Below are positions 1-12,735 of a stretch of DNA of 64,000 nt, one piece after another (position 1 is the first letter of the stretch; the number at the start of each line of letters is the position of its first letter). The DNA comes from Mobula hypostoma (Eukaryota), in contig NC_086118.1 in assembly GCF_963921235.1 (NCBI RefSeq), forward strand, positions 17,300,001-17,364,000. The letters run 5' to 3'. The notes under the pieces are model-generated. The model saw only the letters and a program-made list of their open reading frames with translations, did not search any database and had not been told where the DNA came from. A program made the position numbers and the translations under genes.

Positions 1-125
1 CTCACATCCATGCGCCTGACTAAGGATCTGTTAATATTGTATCGGCCTCTGCCGAGGGCAGTGCATTCCAGGCCCCTACCGCTCTTCGTGAAAACTCCTC
101 CCTCTGGCATCCCCACCGAACTTTG
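1..125 (-). mobile_element. Decayed CR1-type LINE 3' fragment
   Basis: Resembles the reverse complement of the CR1 3' region seen elsewhere in the window (ggcagtgcattccaggcccctacc...ctcttcgtgaaa); heavily diverged. Confidence 0.4.
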
Positions 126-360
126 TTCGATTGTAAAATAAAACGCCTAGATAATCTTTATGCAAATTCTTCTGACCTTTGCATAATTGCAAGTGAGATT
201 GTTGAAATGATGCATTATCCAGCTCAAATCATGTGAGCGCAGTGTACAGCAATGGGCACAGCACACCACCCTGGGGGGTGGGGGATGGTGGGGAGGGTGG
301 AGTAGTCCTGCATTCTGACTGTGAGGTCACTTGTTTAGGAAGTCCAACACCCAGTTACAC

Positions 361-417
361 TGTTGCATTAGTGAGCAGATGCACAGTGTACCTAATAAAG
401 TGGCCACTGGGTGTGTA
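361..417 (-). mobile_element. Tc1-family terminal inverted repeat remnant
   Basis: tgtacctaataaagtggccactgggtgtgta matches the TIR of the Tc1-like elements at 7755-8106 and 61637-62205. Confidence 0.65.
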
Positions 418-1587
418 TGAAGTGTGCAGACACAAATTTAGTGGGTGACTGTCAGATTAAAGGAATAAATGGAGATGGCTTTTAATTCAAGTTTTTCACA
501 GTCAGATCATATATAATGACCAGGAAAATTTTGGATACTATAAATGTAGCACACATGTAAATCAATAAATTTGCATAGATGCATGTTTTAGTACAACTCA
601 TCAGTCTGTTACTGGCAAAAACCTACCTTGAAATGATATTACACAGAAAGTGCTACAAAGATAATAACAGTGCATATCTTGGAAATGTATCAAACATTAA
701 ATTTATATTGGAAGCTCTTCTACCTTGTAAAATTGCTATAACTTAGACTAATGTGACAAGTTTGTGTTTCATTCAAAGTAACAAATGGGCATGGAGTAGG
801 AGTAGGAAAAATTACAGGAGATAATTGAAGGTGTGAGCAGAGTGATACTTGATCTCTGGTCCAAAAATAACCAGCAAAACAGGAGATTATGGGATATGCA
901 ACAGGGTTTACTGATCTCCTTGGTGGGAGCAAACCTCTTTGTCCATTCTGGCCCCTGTGCAACTCTCATCCACACCATTGTGATTGGCCTTCAACTATCA
1001 TCAGAAATGGCTGAATAAGGCATTCAATCATCTTCTAATTACTGCATTAGAGCACAAAAATAGATACAATTTAGACACAACAAAGTCTATCCCAATAAAC
1101 CTCGAACAGTTCCAGCAGAACTCAGGGATCATAGAACCCATGGGCAAGATAAAAGTTTTGCAGACCTCGTACATCTTCTCTTGATTAGCAATGGTCAATT
1201 AAAAAGCTAAAGTGAGATATAGGTTCCAGGAACAGCCTCATCTTTAATGGTGGAGGAACCTAGCACAAAGGACAGGCTAAAACATTCAAAAATCATGTTT
1301 AGCCAGGAATGGCTAATTTAGTAAGTCATCTATCTTAGCTCCTCCTGAGATCCTCCCCATTTTAGATGCCAGTCTCCGACCAATTCAATTCACTCCATGT
1401 GATATCAGGGGCTGTGATAACTAGATAAACCAATGGCATCCCAGCAGTTGTACTAAACCAAACCTACAAAACTACCTACAGTACATACCCAGTAAAGCTG
1501 TTCCAGTCCAGTTAAAACAATGATATTTACTCAGCAATGTGGAATATTGTTCTAACCTCAAGGTATTCTACATATATGTGAAATCTT

Positions 1588-1690
1588 GAGCAACGCACTC
1601 AGAATCCTGGGCAAACTCAGCAAGTCATGGAAGCATCTATGGAGGGGAGTAAACTGTCGACGTTTCGGGCCAAGTCCCTTCATCAGGACT
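1588..1690 (-). mobile_element. Penelope-like element 3'-terminal fragment (~100 bp) carrying a hammerhead motif
   Basis: Reverse complement aligns to the 3' end of the PLE at 40616-40720. Confidence 0.75.
1656..1690 (-). ncRNA. Minimal type-I hammerhead ribozyme (intact core)
   Basis: Minus strand AGTC-CTGATGA-A-GGG-ACTTGG-CCC-GAAA-C-GTC-GAC: CUGAnGA and GAAA boxes, stem II GGG/CCC, stem I GTC/GAC, GUC cleavage triplet. Confidence 0.7.
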
Positions 1691-1911
1691 TTTTATTAGG
1701 AATATTGTTCTGTTCACTAAATACAGGACAAGTCCAATGTGGCTAATTCATTCCCAAACCGTCTACTCTCAATCAACAGTAAAGTGAGGGAAAGTTTCAT
1801 CAACGCTGTCATCAGGTGGTACTTACCATTTCTGAGTTTAACTTTTGCCAGGATTAAGACTTCAGATCTTGGTGCAACCACGGGCCACTGAGCAGAATTC
1901 CAGAGGCGCCT

Positions 1912-2400
1912 TAAAGTTCAAGGTTCAAAAATTCAAAATAAATGTTATTGTCGAAGTACAAATATGTCACCATATGTATCCCTGAGATTCATTTTCTTGT
2001 GGGCATACTCAGCAAATCTACTAAATATTCACTATAACAGGATCAATAAAAGATCAACCAAAGTGCAACAAACTATGCAAATGCAAATATAAATAAATAG
2101 TAATAAATGATGAGAACATGAGATAATGAGATAAAGAATCCTTAATATGAGATCATTGGTTGTTGAAACATTTCAATGATGGGGCAAGTGAGTGAAGTTA
2201 TCTCCTTTTATTCAAGACCTTGATGGTTGAGAGTTAGTAACTGTTCTTGAACCTGGTGGTGTGAGTCCTGAGGCTCTTGTATGTTCTTCCGGATGGCAAC
2301 AGTGAGAAGAGAGCGTGAGCTGGGTGGTGGGGATCTCTGATGATGGATTCTGCTATCCTGTGACAACATTTCATGTCGATGTTCTCAATGGTTGGTGAAT
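1912..2400 (-). mobile_element. Rex1/Babar-like LINE 3' fragment
   Basis: ORF 2234-2488 ends ...SIIRDPHHPAHALFSLLPSGRTYKSLRTHTTRFKNSY, the C-terminal motif of this family; followed by 3'UTR and a TTGAA-based repeat tail. Confidence 0.8.
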
Positions 2401-2639
2401 TCAGAGTGGTAAGAAGTCTGGTAAAGTAGGCTTGTAGTTGGGGTCTTTCATTGGACAGGGGTAGGTAGTTATGGCTATCAGAGGTCAATTAAGATTTAAG
2501 TTAATATCTAATAATCAGTACTTAGTTTTCTGACTGTAATGATTGCTGGAATGGTTGTTTTTTCCATTTGTGTTGTGTTTGGTGTGGTGGTTTGTTGCAT
2601 TTCAGTCTAGTAAACGGCATTGGTTTGCAAGGTCAGAGT

Positions 2640-2782
2640 TTGCAAATGATACATAGAGCTTGGAAAAATAGAGGGCTATGAGTGGCCCTAGGTAATTTCT
2701 AAAGTAAGTACGTGTTCGGCACAGCATTGTGGGTGGAAGGGCCTGTATTGTGCTGTAGGTTTTCTATGTTTCTATGTTTCTA
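2640..2782 (+). mobile_element. CR1 LINE 3' terminus
   Basis: ...gtgggtggaagggcctgtattgtgctgtagg followed by an octamer tail (TTTCTATG)n. Confidence 0.75.
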
Positions 2783-3224
2783 ATCACCCCACTCCCAGAC
2801 ATCACAGCAAGACTTCCTCAGGATGGTGTTGAAACCACCCAGTTGCTCCAACAATGAACCCCCTTCCATCAAAAGATCTGAAATGGGAATGCATAGTGAT
2901 GTTTGAAACATGTTCAATTTTTTTTTCACTGACTTAGCAAATGAAAATGCCTCTGCCAAGTAATCTATACATACCCAATAGCACCGTGGGAGAGCCATCA
3001 CATAGAAAGAGTACTATCCCAGAAGGCCACCACTACCTTTGTTATGGACAGTTAGAGATGGATGATAATAATAATAAATGACATCAGCATCCTAAAAAAC
3101 ATAAATAAATTATGCAAGACTCATGCAGCAAAACTCAAACATCTAGGCATTGTCTGATGGACTGAATGACATTCATGCAACACATGACAGAGAGGGTTTA
3201 ACAAGAGAGATTCTAACTAGCATC

Positions 3225-3599
3225 CCTATTTATATGCAGTCATCCAGTAAGGAGGGGAGCATGGATGGATGAGGATGTTCTTGTAAACTTGCTCCTGGGG
3301 ATGGTAAAAACAGCTACCTGTGGGTCCTGGAAACGGGTGGTGGAGGGATCTGCCTGGGCAGACTGCAGGACAATGTTTAGGGGGTATGTCCATGCCCAGG
3401 TAACCATTGAGAGGGAACATGCGCTGTCTACGGTGACCATAGAGGCATTCCAGGATGGTTGGGCACTGTGGGGAATTAGTGCCATCATTGATAGAGATGG
3501 AAACATTTTAGTTTAGCCTAGTAGTTGCGTAGTAATTGTGTTAGTCACTGATTTGTATATATTGTAGCACTGAATTTGTAATATTTTGTAAAAAAAAAA
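3225..3599 (+). mobile_element. L1/Tx1-clade LINE 3' fragment
   Basis: ORF 3265-3516 (DVLVNLLLGMVK.A..SWKR...DC...FRGYV.AQV..EREHALST...EAF.D.W) resembles the Tx1 ORF2 C-terminus; short 3'UTR then poly(A) at ~3590. Confidence 0.7.
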
Positions 3600-4571
3600 T
3601 GACATCCTACAAGTAACTCACCTCCCAACAATCAAAACCTTTCCACCATTTATAAGGCATGAATCACGAGACTGGATATCTGCAGTTCCAACAACACTGA
3701 AGATGATTAAATCCTCAGCCTACTTGACTGGCACCCCAGCATCACCCTGAAGATTCATTTCCTTCACCATTGTTACAACACGACACCTGTCTGTGTTATC
3801 CATAGAATTTACCATAGCTATTCATCTGGTTTACCTTTTCCAGCACTGTTCAAACTTGTGATCTCTACTACCAAAAAGGAAAAGAAAGCAGCCTTATATG
3901 ATCACTATCAAACCATACATCATTAATTTGGAAATGTATCTTCATCATGTTCTCTTTGCTATATCCAGATCCTGGCACCCAACAGCCAAATAGCACTGAA
4001 ATACCAGTGTCAAAAACATTTCACCAGTTTGAGAAGGCAAGGTAGGTGATAGGCAGTGAAGTCTGGCCTTGATAGTGATTCCCATATCCAGAAAGTTGAA
4101 TAAATAGTGAAAACATTGATGTGGCAATCAATTCCTGCTATTCACTGATAATAAACATTAACTTTAATTGCAATCAGAAGCATTTACATGCATCTTTTAT
4201 TCGTGCCAATCCCCAGTGAATACTGCCAGAAGTTTTTGTCCTACAAGCCTGGATTTCCAAATGACAGAAGCATTATGAATCCACCAAGTCTGTACGACCA
4301 GCTTATTGAAGAGATAGATGTTGAGCTTTGACTTCTGTCCAGAGGTGCATTACTGAGAGTGTTGGAACAGACTGGTGTCCACCTGCAACATCAGCGCAGT
4401 TGATGCCAGTGAAGGAATGTTCCACCCCCAGGAGTGTCATGTTTTAGAATGGAACAGTAACCTCAGGACCTGTCTTCCCGCTCAGGTAATTATTAATCTC
4501 TGGCATTATTTTAGGCAGCACAACTAGCAGACCCACTGCTTCACATTACCAGACACCTGGGTTCACTCAGG

Positions 4572-4790
4572 TATTTTCTGTGTGGAGTTTGCTAGTTTTC
4601 TTTGTGACTACACTGGTTTCCTCTGGGTGTTCCGGTTTCCTCCAGCTTCCTGTAGATTTACAGCTTAGTAGGTTAACCAGTCACTATAAATTGTCTCTCA
4701 AATGAGGGCAGAATAAAAAATAGGATTGGTGTAGATGGTGAGCACTTGGCTGAGGAGCCTGTTTGTCTCTATGACATTACAATAATTCTG
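4572..4790 (+). mobile_element. V-SINE/HE1-like SINE, partial
   Basis: ctgtgtggagtttgc...ggtttcctctgggtgttccggtttcctcc V-domain-like core; CR1-like 3' end. Confidence 0.7.
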
Positions 4791-5539
4791 AACATCAAGT
4801 CTTATGACATTGTGAATCCTCAGTGTGCAAACACTGATTTAAGGGTTATTCATATGCAAAGTGCTATAGAAATTTACACCTTCAATCGTTCCTTGTTGGG
4901 TATTGAGGGATCTGTGCTTAGCAAGTAGTCACCAACTACCTAATTATCTCTTCTCATCAGTTAACGGCCTTACCCTAGGATCTTGAACAAAATTATATTT
5001 TGTCGCAATTGGTAGGTACTTAAGCAAAGAAATTATTATACAGTATTTTTATTTTATTTTACTCAGATTGTTAATATGTTTTAAACTACCTCACAGAAAA
5101 GAAACGAACTTCAGACTTCAGTGAGTGCTATATTGGGTAAAATGGCAGCTGCACTGCACCACAATCATCACGCATGAAATTATGAGACAAACTGCCAGTT
5201 AATCTATTTATTTTGGCAACACTAATTGACAAGATATACTGACCAGCACACCAGAGGAACTCACTGCTCTTCTTCAAGTACTGATGAAGGCTCCTTAACA
5301 TTGACCTGAGTTATCAGAATAGATGAGGCAGACACCTCCAGGAATCAAATTTAAACTGGATTGTGCATTTGAACATTAACTTACAATCCAGAAATAAAAC
5401 ACATTTGATTTTTATCTAAAACAAAGCTTCTAGCATATTTTACACAGATTGTTTTAATGAATTTATTTTTTTTTATTAAGTTGGAGCTTTATTTAACCAA
5501 TCTGTTCTTTCTCAGACACAAAACTTTTGGTGGTACAGA

Positions 5540-6030
5540 TAGATACTGAAACCTACAAATTCTGGAAATCTGAAATAAAAGTCAGCAGGTCATGAGGTAT
5601 TGGTGGAAAGAGAATCAGAGGCAATGTTCCAGATCCAAGATACTGAATACTATGCCTTTAGGTAACTGGGTTTCTTACTGTATCAGAACTGGCATTTCTG
5701 CTCTATGTCATCCATTTGAGAACGGCTCAGTTTTTCTTTTTCCATCAGTACAGCCTGAGTTGATGGGCAATTGCCATGGTCCTGCACTTGCCATCTGTTC
5801 ACGTTCTGTCTTCTTTCATCTCTACCTTCCCTCCTCTTATAACTTTTGCTCATTTTTCCTTGCTCTATTTGCTGCAATTAAACTATCAGTGTAATGACCT
5901 TTGCAATTTCTCCCCATGGCACTTGGCCTCACTTTGTCAGAGATATTCTGCTTCTCTTGTTTTCTCTCTTTCCTAGTTTTGATGCTACCTGATTCACTGT
6001 GTATTTGAAGTATTTTCAGATTTCATTTCA
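5540..6030. mobile_element. Old Penelope-like 3' end remnants, apparently in both orientations
   Basis: Left part resembles the minus-strand PLE terminus (ctggaaatctgaaataaaa); right part is a pyrimidine-rich tract ending gatgctacctga...ttttcagatttcatttca like the plus-strand terminus. Confidence 0.4.
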
Positions 6031-6384
6031 TATATCTGTCTACACAATGGTCATGTGTTTCTCTTCTACCACGCTCTTCATTGATTTAACCATCACACAA
6101 AATAATTAAAATTGGGCAGTATATTCCAGGTCATGCCCTATATTATAAAGGAACTGTTGTTCTTAAGGTGTATTGGATTGTCTTGGAAATACTGCCTGAA
6201 GTGGCCAAATTTGCTGTGCAATATATGATTTTGAATGCTGACTATAATGTAAGTTTTGGCTTTCCACAATTAAGTGGCTTACTTATGAAAACTAAAGTAC
6301 TGAGCCAAGTTAGTAAGTAAAGGGAAACCAGATGCCACCACATTCAGGAAAGGAGGGAAGAAAACCAGAAACAGTTAAGCTACT

Positions 6385-7750
6385 GTTTATGTGGATTAAG
6401 TTCAACTGTATCGTCATCTGACTGTACATGTATACAACCAAATGAAAAGACGTTCCCCTGGTCCATGGTGCACCCACAAAACATATATTGCACACAGCAC
6501 ATAAAAGAAACTATTACTACAAATAAGTTAAAAAAAACCTCAAAGTGTATATACGAGGGGTGATTGATACGTTCGTGGCCTAAGGTAGGAGTCAATTTTA
6601 GAAAACCTAGCACATTTATTTTTCAACATAGTCCCCTCCTACATTTACACACTTAGTCCAGCGGTCGTGGAGCATACGGATCTTGGACCTCCAGAAAGTG
6701 ACAACAGCAGGGGTGATTGATAACTCCGTGGCCCAAGGTAGAAGGAGAAGAGTTATACAGCTCTCATTACGTGCACATGCAGGTCAACTCTTTTAGTGAT
6801 TATGCAGAAAGTTTGAAGTTAATAACTTATCTTCTTCTACCCTAGGCCACGAACTTATCAATCACCCCTCGTACTGCCTGGTACAGCTAAACAGTAAACA
6901 GCTCGCTGTCCTCGGTGGTGGCAAGGTATTTATTAGTCTCACAGCCTGAGGGAAGAAGCTATTATCCAGTCTGGAGGACCTAGACTTGATGCTGCTGGGC
7001 TTCCTTCCTGACAGTAGTGGGTCAAAGAGTTTATGGGATGTGTGGTAGGGATCCTCAACAATGCTTTGGGCCCTTTGACTACAACCCTTCTGGTAAATAT
7101 CACACCTAGAGGGGAGAGAGACCCCGGTGATCCTCTCAGTGAATTTTACTATCTTCTGTAGCCAGTCACCGATCCCACGTATTCATCAATGTTGATGTGA
7201 TGATTGTGAGCAGCCACATCCTTGAATATGCTCCAGTCCGTCCTTTCGAAACAGTTCTGCACTGCTGACCTGGCACCTTCTGGTCAGGTCCTGATCACCT
7301 TGTAAACGGGTATGACCTATTTAGCCAGTGGTCCGCAGATAGTGCTGTAGAGCTCCTGCCGTGCTTCCCCCAGCACTGCCATGGGAATGATGGAAGCAGC
7401 AACAACCACAATGGCGGTGAACTCCCTCGGTAAGTGGAAGGGCCTGCACTTCACCATTAAAAACTCTGTCTGCACTAAGCAGTGAACCATTACTGCTGAG
7501 GCATTCACACACTAGCTCTTATTAACGTAGTCACACACACATCCTCCGTGGCCTTGTGGGAGGTCACAGCGTTTCTGTCTGCTCGGAAGGAGATTAGGTC
7601 TGCTAGCTGTAAGGCTGAGACTGGGGTGGAGTCCTCGAGCCACATTTTATGTTTCTGTCAGGATCAGCGTACAGCAGCTCCTCATCTTGCGCTAGCTCAG
7701 ACACAGACACAGGGTTATGACATACACTCGGCTGTCATTCTCCTTTGATT
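6385..7750 (-). mobile_element. Internally deleted Rex1/Babar-like LINE (endonuclease region joined to 3' end), with nested mariner MITE
   Basis: ORF 7317-7508 EFLMVKCRPFHLPREFTAIVVVA (endonuclease region); 3' coding remnant ~6940-7160; 3'UTR and tail at ~6385-6420. Confidence 0.7.
6554..6871. mobile_element. Mariner-type MITE (318 bp)
   Basis: TIRs CGAGGGGTGATTGATA(C/A)GTTCGTGGCCTA(A/G)GGTAG at both ends, flanked by TA (6552-6553, 6872-6873); a third internal TIR copy at ~6709-6745. Confidence 0.9.
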
Positions 7751-7754
7751 TCTC

Positions 7755-8106
7755 TCATCAAAAAGGCATTTGCAACCACAGAACTGCTGCTCATTGGATG
7801 ATTTTCTTTGTTTTTTTGAACCATTCTTTGTAAACTCTAAAGGCTGCTGTGTGTGAGAATCTGGGGATATCAGCAGTTTCTGAGATACTCAAACTATCCC
7901 ATCTGGCACCAACAATCATTCCACGGCCAAAGTCAAGTAGATCATGTTTTCCCCATTCTAATGTTTGGTCTGAACAACACGTGAACCACTTGACCATTTC
8001 TGCATGCTTTTATGCATTGAGTTGCTGCCACATAGTCTGTTGATTAGATATTTTCATTAATGAACAGGTGTACAGCTGTATCTAATAAAGTGGCCACTAT
8101 GTGTAC
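7755..8106 (-). mobile_element. Tc1-like DNA transposon fragment (N-terminal HTH region and TIR)
   Basis: ORF 7791-7997 GKHDLLDFGRGMIVGARWDSLSISETADIPRFSHTAAFRVYKEW; TIR ...taataaagtggccactatgtgta. Confidence 0.8.
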
Positions 8107-8129
8107 ATTGAGTTGTAGATGTCAAGAAT

Positions 8130-9145
8130 ATTTATTTATTGATTATTTATTGAGATACAGTGTAGAACAGGCCTTTCCAGCACTTTGAGCCAAGCTGCCA
8201 AGCAATCCCCTGAATCTCACCTGGTCCCTCAACACCAGCTCCATAGCAAAGAAAGCCCAGCAGCATCTCTACTTCCTGTGAAGGCTGAGAAAAGTCCACC
8301 TCCCACCCCCCATCCTCACCACATTCTACAGAGGTTGTATTGAGAGCATCCTGAGCAGCTGCATCACGGCCTGGTTTGGAAATTGCACCGTCTCAGATTG
8401 CAACCCTGCATCGGATAGCGAGGTCAGTTGAGAAGATCATCAGAGTCTCTCTTCCCGCCATCACAGACACTTACACCACACGCTGCATCCACAAAGCAAA
8501 CAGCATTATGAAGGACCCCACGCACCCCTCATACAAACTCTTCTCCCTCCTGCCATCTGGCAAAAGGCACCGAAGCATTCGGGCTCTCACGACCAGTCTA
8601 TGTAACAGTTTCTTCCCCCAAGCCATCAGACTCCTCAATACCCAGAGCCTGGACTGACACCAACCTACTGCCCTCTACTGTGCCTGCTGTCTTGTTTATT
8701 ATCTATTATTATCTATTGTAGTGCCTGCACTGTTTTGTGCACTTTATGCAGTCCTGGATAGATCTGTAGTCTAGTGTAGTTTTTGTGTTTTTTCTTAAGT
8801 AGTTCAGTGTAGTTTTTGTATTGTTTCATGTAGCACCATGGTCCTGGAAAACGTTGTCTCATTTTTACTATGTTCTGTACCAGCAGTTATGGTTGAAATG
8901 ACAATAAAGAGTGACTTGACTTGACTTGACTTGATGTAATCCTGGCCTAATCACGGGACAATTTACAATCACCAACCAACCTACAAACCAGTACCTCTGT
9001 GGACTGTGGGAGGAAATCAGAGCACCTGTAGAAAATCCATGTGGTCACGGGGAGAATGTGCAAACCCCTTACGGGCAGCGGCAGGAACTGAGCCCATGTC
9101 TCTGCTACTGTAAAGTGTTGTGCTATCCACTATGCCACTTGCTTC
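8130..9145 (-). mobile_element. V-SINE-like SINE split by a LINE insertion (SINE parts ~8130-8210 and ~8935-9145)
   Basis: ggactgtgggaggaaatcagagcacc...ggtcacggggagaatgtgcaaac is the reverse complement of the V-domain; the SINE tail lies left of the insertion. Confidence 0.65.
8211..8934 (+). mobile_element. Rex1/Babar-like LINE 3' fragment (young)
   Basis: ORF 8376-8657 ...KANSIMKDPTHPSYKLFSLLPSGKRHRSIRALTTSLCNSFFPQAIRLLN; AATAAA then (GACTT)n tail. Confidence 0.85.
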
Positions 9146-9457
9146 CTCGGTAGAAATGGCCCTGTTGGATAAAAGCAGATCTGATTAACTACTTCCATGG
9201 GTATGTTGCTAGGCCAACATGATGATAAACTCAAGCAGAACAATTTTCATGGTTAAAAAAGGTGCTCATGTCATTACAAATTGTAACAAATAAGTGCGTA
9301 AATGCAAACTATGAGCAAGTTTGCACAGCAGCTTGGAATGGGAAGAGAACTGATTGGTCAATGAATGCAAACAGGGCATTAAAGAGTGCAGTAAAAATGA
9401 ATTTTGTTCTATCCATGAAATATTTTTTTTCACTTGTGACTTAGCTGCTACCTAGTT

Positions 9458-10275
9458 CAGAATCACAATCAGAAATGCGTTTATTATCACCGGCATGTGA
9501 CGTGAAATTTGTTAACTTAGCAGCAGTTCAATGCAATGCATAATATAGCAGAGAGAAAAAATAATAATAGTAATAAATAAAATAAAAAATAATAATAAAT
9601 AAACAAGTAAATCAGTTACGTATATTGAATAGATTTTTTAAAACGTGCAAAAACAGAAATACTGTATGTTAAAAGAAAAGTGAGTTAGTGTCCAAAGCTT
9701 CAATGTCCATTTAGGAATCGGATGGCAGAGGGGAAGAAACTGTTCCTGAATCGCTGAATGTGTGCCTTCAGGCTTCTGTACCTCCTACCATATAGTAACA
9801 GTGAGAAAAGAGCATGCCCTGGGTGCTGGAGATCCTTAATAATGGATGCTGCCTTTCTGAGACACCGCTCCTTGAATATGTCCTGGGTACTTTGTAGGCT
9901 AATACCCAACGTGAAGCTGATTAGCTTTACGATCTTCTGCAGCTTCTTTCGGTCCTGTGCAGTAAGCCCCTCCATATGAGACAGTGATGCAGCCTGTCAG
10001 AATGCTCTCCATGGTATAACTATAGAAGTTTTTGAGTGTATTTGTTGACATACCAAATCTCTTAAAACTCCTAATAGTGTATAGCTGCTGTCTTGCCTTC
10101 TTTATAACTACTGTACATCGATATGCTGGGACCAGGTTAGATCCTCAGAGATCTTGACACCCAGGAACTTGAAACTGCTCACTCTCTCCACTTCTGATCC
10201 CTCTATGAGGATTGGTATGTGTTCCTTCGTCTTACCCCATCTGAAGTCCACAATCAGCTCTTTCGTCTTACTGAT
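9458..10275 (-). mobile_element. Rex1/Babar-like LINE 3' fragment
   Basis: ORF 9700-9975 ...KAASIIKDLQHPGHALFSLLLYGRRYRSLKAHIQRFRNSFFPSAIRFLNGH; (TTCTGA)-like tail. Confidence 0.85.
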
Positions 10276-11254
10276 TTAGTGTTTTCTTTTAGATTTACAT
10301 TCTTTCACTTAGCCAGAACCCACAATTTTCTCAGAAAAATTGCTCATTTTTATGAATATGAACTTTGATTATTTTAAAGAAATATCATAAATGATCAAAT
10401 TTCATAATTATGGCAAGTTTTAAAATGGTTTTCATTCCCACAATATTAGAATTATGGGCAATTGCCTTCATTGCTAATTTCTCATACTTAATTATACAGG
10501 TTGATACAGCACACATAGTTTGCTCCTTTGTGTTCTCTTTGCTTTGTGCGTCCTGCATCTCGTTTCTTTATCTACTGAAATTTCAGTATAAAGAAGATTT
10601 TAAGATGTGGCTTTAAGCTATTGGGGCTAGAATATGATAGGTTTTAAGCCTGTCTTTCATCCAAGTGTATATTTATAGATGGGTTAACTTGCTCTTTGTA
10701 TACGGACTGATGATTGTTGCACAATGCTTAATGGTTTCTTTATGCCCGTGTCTTTTTCCACATTAACAGGGAAGCAATGATCTGCAATCTAGTCATTTAG
10801 CCGGAGGCAAGTATTCTCTGTTTGTGGTCATGCTCTTTTAGCCTTGCCAATTCACAGGGGTTTACCCAAGGTAATTATTGTGAAGAGAAAGCAAAAGATT
10901 TACTTCTGAAATTTTCACAGAAATTTCAATTATGACATACTGAAATCTCTATGAAGATTTTAAAGAACATGGTGTCTGCCAAATAAGTTTCAAGCTGTCA
11001 TTGATTTGAATGGATTAATAAGATTGGCATGAACTAAATAAACATACATAAATTGTGACACATCTTGGATTTATATGAAGGGAGCTTCAATATTTACAGA
11101 AAGAGAAATGATTTTGGTTACGTATTTCATATTTATCAGCATAGACAACTGTGAACTTTATATTATTTGTTAACTCAAGGCTGTTCTTCCTCTTCGGACA
11201 CTAATTTGTGTGGAGAACAGCAATACTTTTTTGGAAAATGAACTATGAGTCTAT

Positions 11255-11680
11255 TGCAAACACACACAAAATGCTGGAGGAACTCAACAGGTCAGGCAGC
11301 ATCCATGGAGATAAATAAACAGTTGACATCCTGGTCCGAGACCCTTCTTCAGAACTGGAAAGGAAGAGGGAAGATGCCAAAATAAAAAGGTGGGGGGCGG
11401 GGAGAGGCTAGTCAGGTGGTTGGGAAAGGTCAAAGGCTGGAGAAGAAGGGATCTGATAGGAGAGCAGCGCAGATCATAGGAGAAAGGGAAGCAGGAGGGG
11501 ACCTGGGGGAAGTAATAAGCAGGAGAAAAAGGTAAGAAATCAGAGTGGGTAAGAGAGGAAGAGGGGAGGAACAGGTTTTTATTTACTATACAGGAAGGAG
11601 AAATCAATATTCATGCGGTTGGGTTGGAGGCAATCCAGCTGTTGTTCCTCCACCTTGAGGGTGGCCTCATTTTGGAATTG
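11255..11680 (-). mobile_element. Penelope-like element 3' fragment
   Basis: acacacaaaatgctggaggaactca terminus, purine-rich tract and GIY-YIG C-terminal remnant; degenerate hammerhead at ~11321-11356. Confidence 0.75.
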
Positions 11681-11809
11681 ACATGCCTAATACCTTATCT
11701 CACAACTTGAATCAACAAGCAAGTTATCCAACAGCCATTAAACCTGTCTGGATCATGCTAGCATTCTAGCTCTTAAAGATAGTCACAACTACATTACAGC
11801 AAAAGATTA

Positions 11810-12450
11810 TGGAAAATAGGAGCAGGAAGAGGCCATTCAGCCCTTCAAACCTGCTCTGCAATTCATCAGTCATGGCTGATCATCTCTCTCAATGCCGTAT
11901 TCCCCCATTGTCCTCGTACCCTTTGCATTCAGAAATGAATTCTCCTCATTTTCAAACAGATTGAGTGACTTCCCTTTCACAATCCTCTCTGTGATAGCAA
12001 ATTCCACATGTTCACCACCCTTTTTCTCTTTCTTTTCTCTGTACTTGATATTTGGTCATGTATCCTGAGACTAGCAATATCCTAAATATTTAACTTGGGG
12101 AAAAATCCTCCCTCCATTCAGCTCTGTCAGAATTTTGTAAAGCTCAATGGGGCTCTAAACTTTAAAAAACAAGAATCTAATTGAATAAGTGTCTCTTCAT
12201 ATAGCAGTCCAACAAGACCTGGAATCAGTCTGGTGAGCCTCTATTGCACTCTATCTTTTGCCAGAGTATTCTTTCTTGGGTAAGGACACTGAAAATCAAA
12301 TGCAGTTCAACAAAGACCCTGTTTAATTTAGTAACACAACCTCGATCCTGCACCAGGATCCTCTTGTTAAGAAGAACAAAAACCCATCTGCCTTTGTAGC
12401 ATCTTGCTGCTTCTGAATGCTTGCTTTCGGCGACCTGTGTTCAAAAATAA
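11810..12450 (-). mobile_element. Old CR1 LINE 3' fragment
   Basis: taggagcaggaagaggccattcagcccttcaaacctgctctgc reverse-complemented CR1 terminus plus diverged coding remnant. Confidence 0.65.
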
Positions 12451-12735
12451 CAACCTTTAAGAGTTCCCAATCCACATAATTTAATTAATGCTTTGCTTTT
12501 CTATCTTTACTGTTGTTTGCCTCTTTGCATGTTCTTTATAACTCACAATCTCTGCAGTTTAGTGCCATTGACAACATTTGAAAAATTGTATTTTCCTCCC
12601 TCATTCAAATTATTGAGATATATTATGAATTACCAAAGCCTTGGCTTTGATTTCAGAAGTCACACAACACCGAAGCAGACTCACTGAACATCAAATATAC
12701 ATTTCCATTTATCCCTTTTTTCTTCTCACCTTGGT

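Larger units (their letters stand above)
780..1900 (+). mobile_element. Ancient CR1/L2-like LINE remnants (endonuclease-like to RT-proximal fragments), interrupted by a PLE fragment
   Basis: Fragmentary translation IVI..FNYHQKWL resembles the APE endonuclease GDFN.HH.EWL motif; many stops and frameshifts. Confidence 0.35.

Noticed and set aside
720..978. Minus-strand ORFs of 69-80 aa as exons
   Set aside because: The region is better explained as a plus-strand ancient LINE remnant, and splice signals are weak
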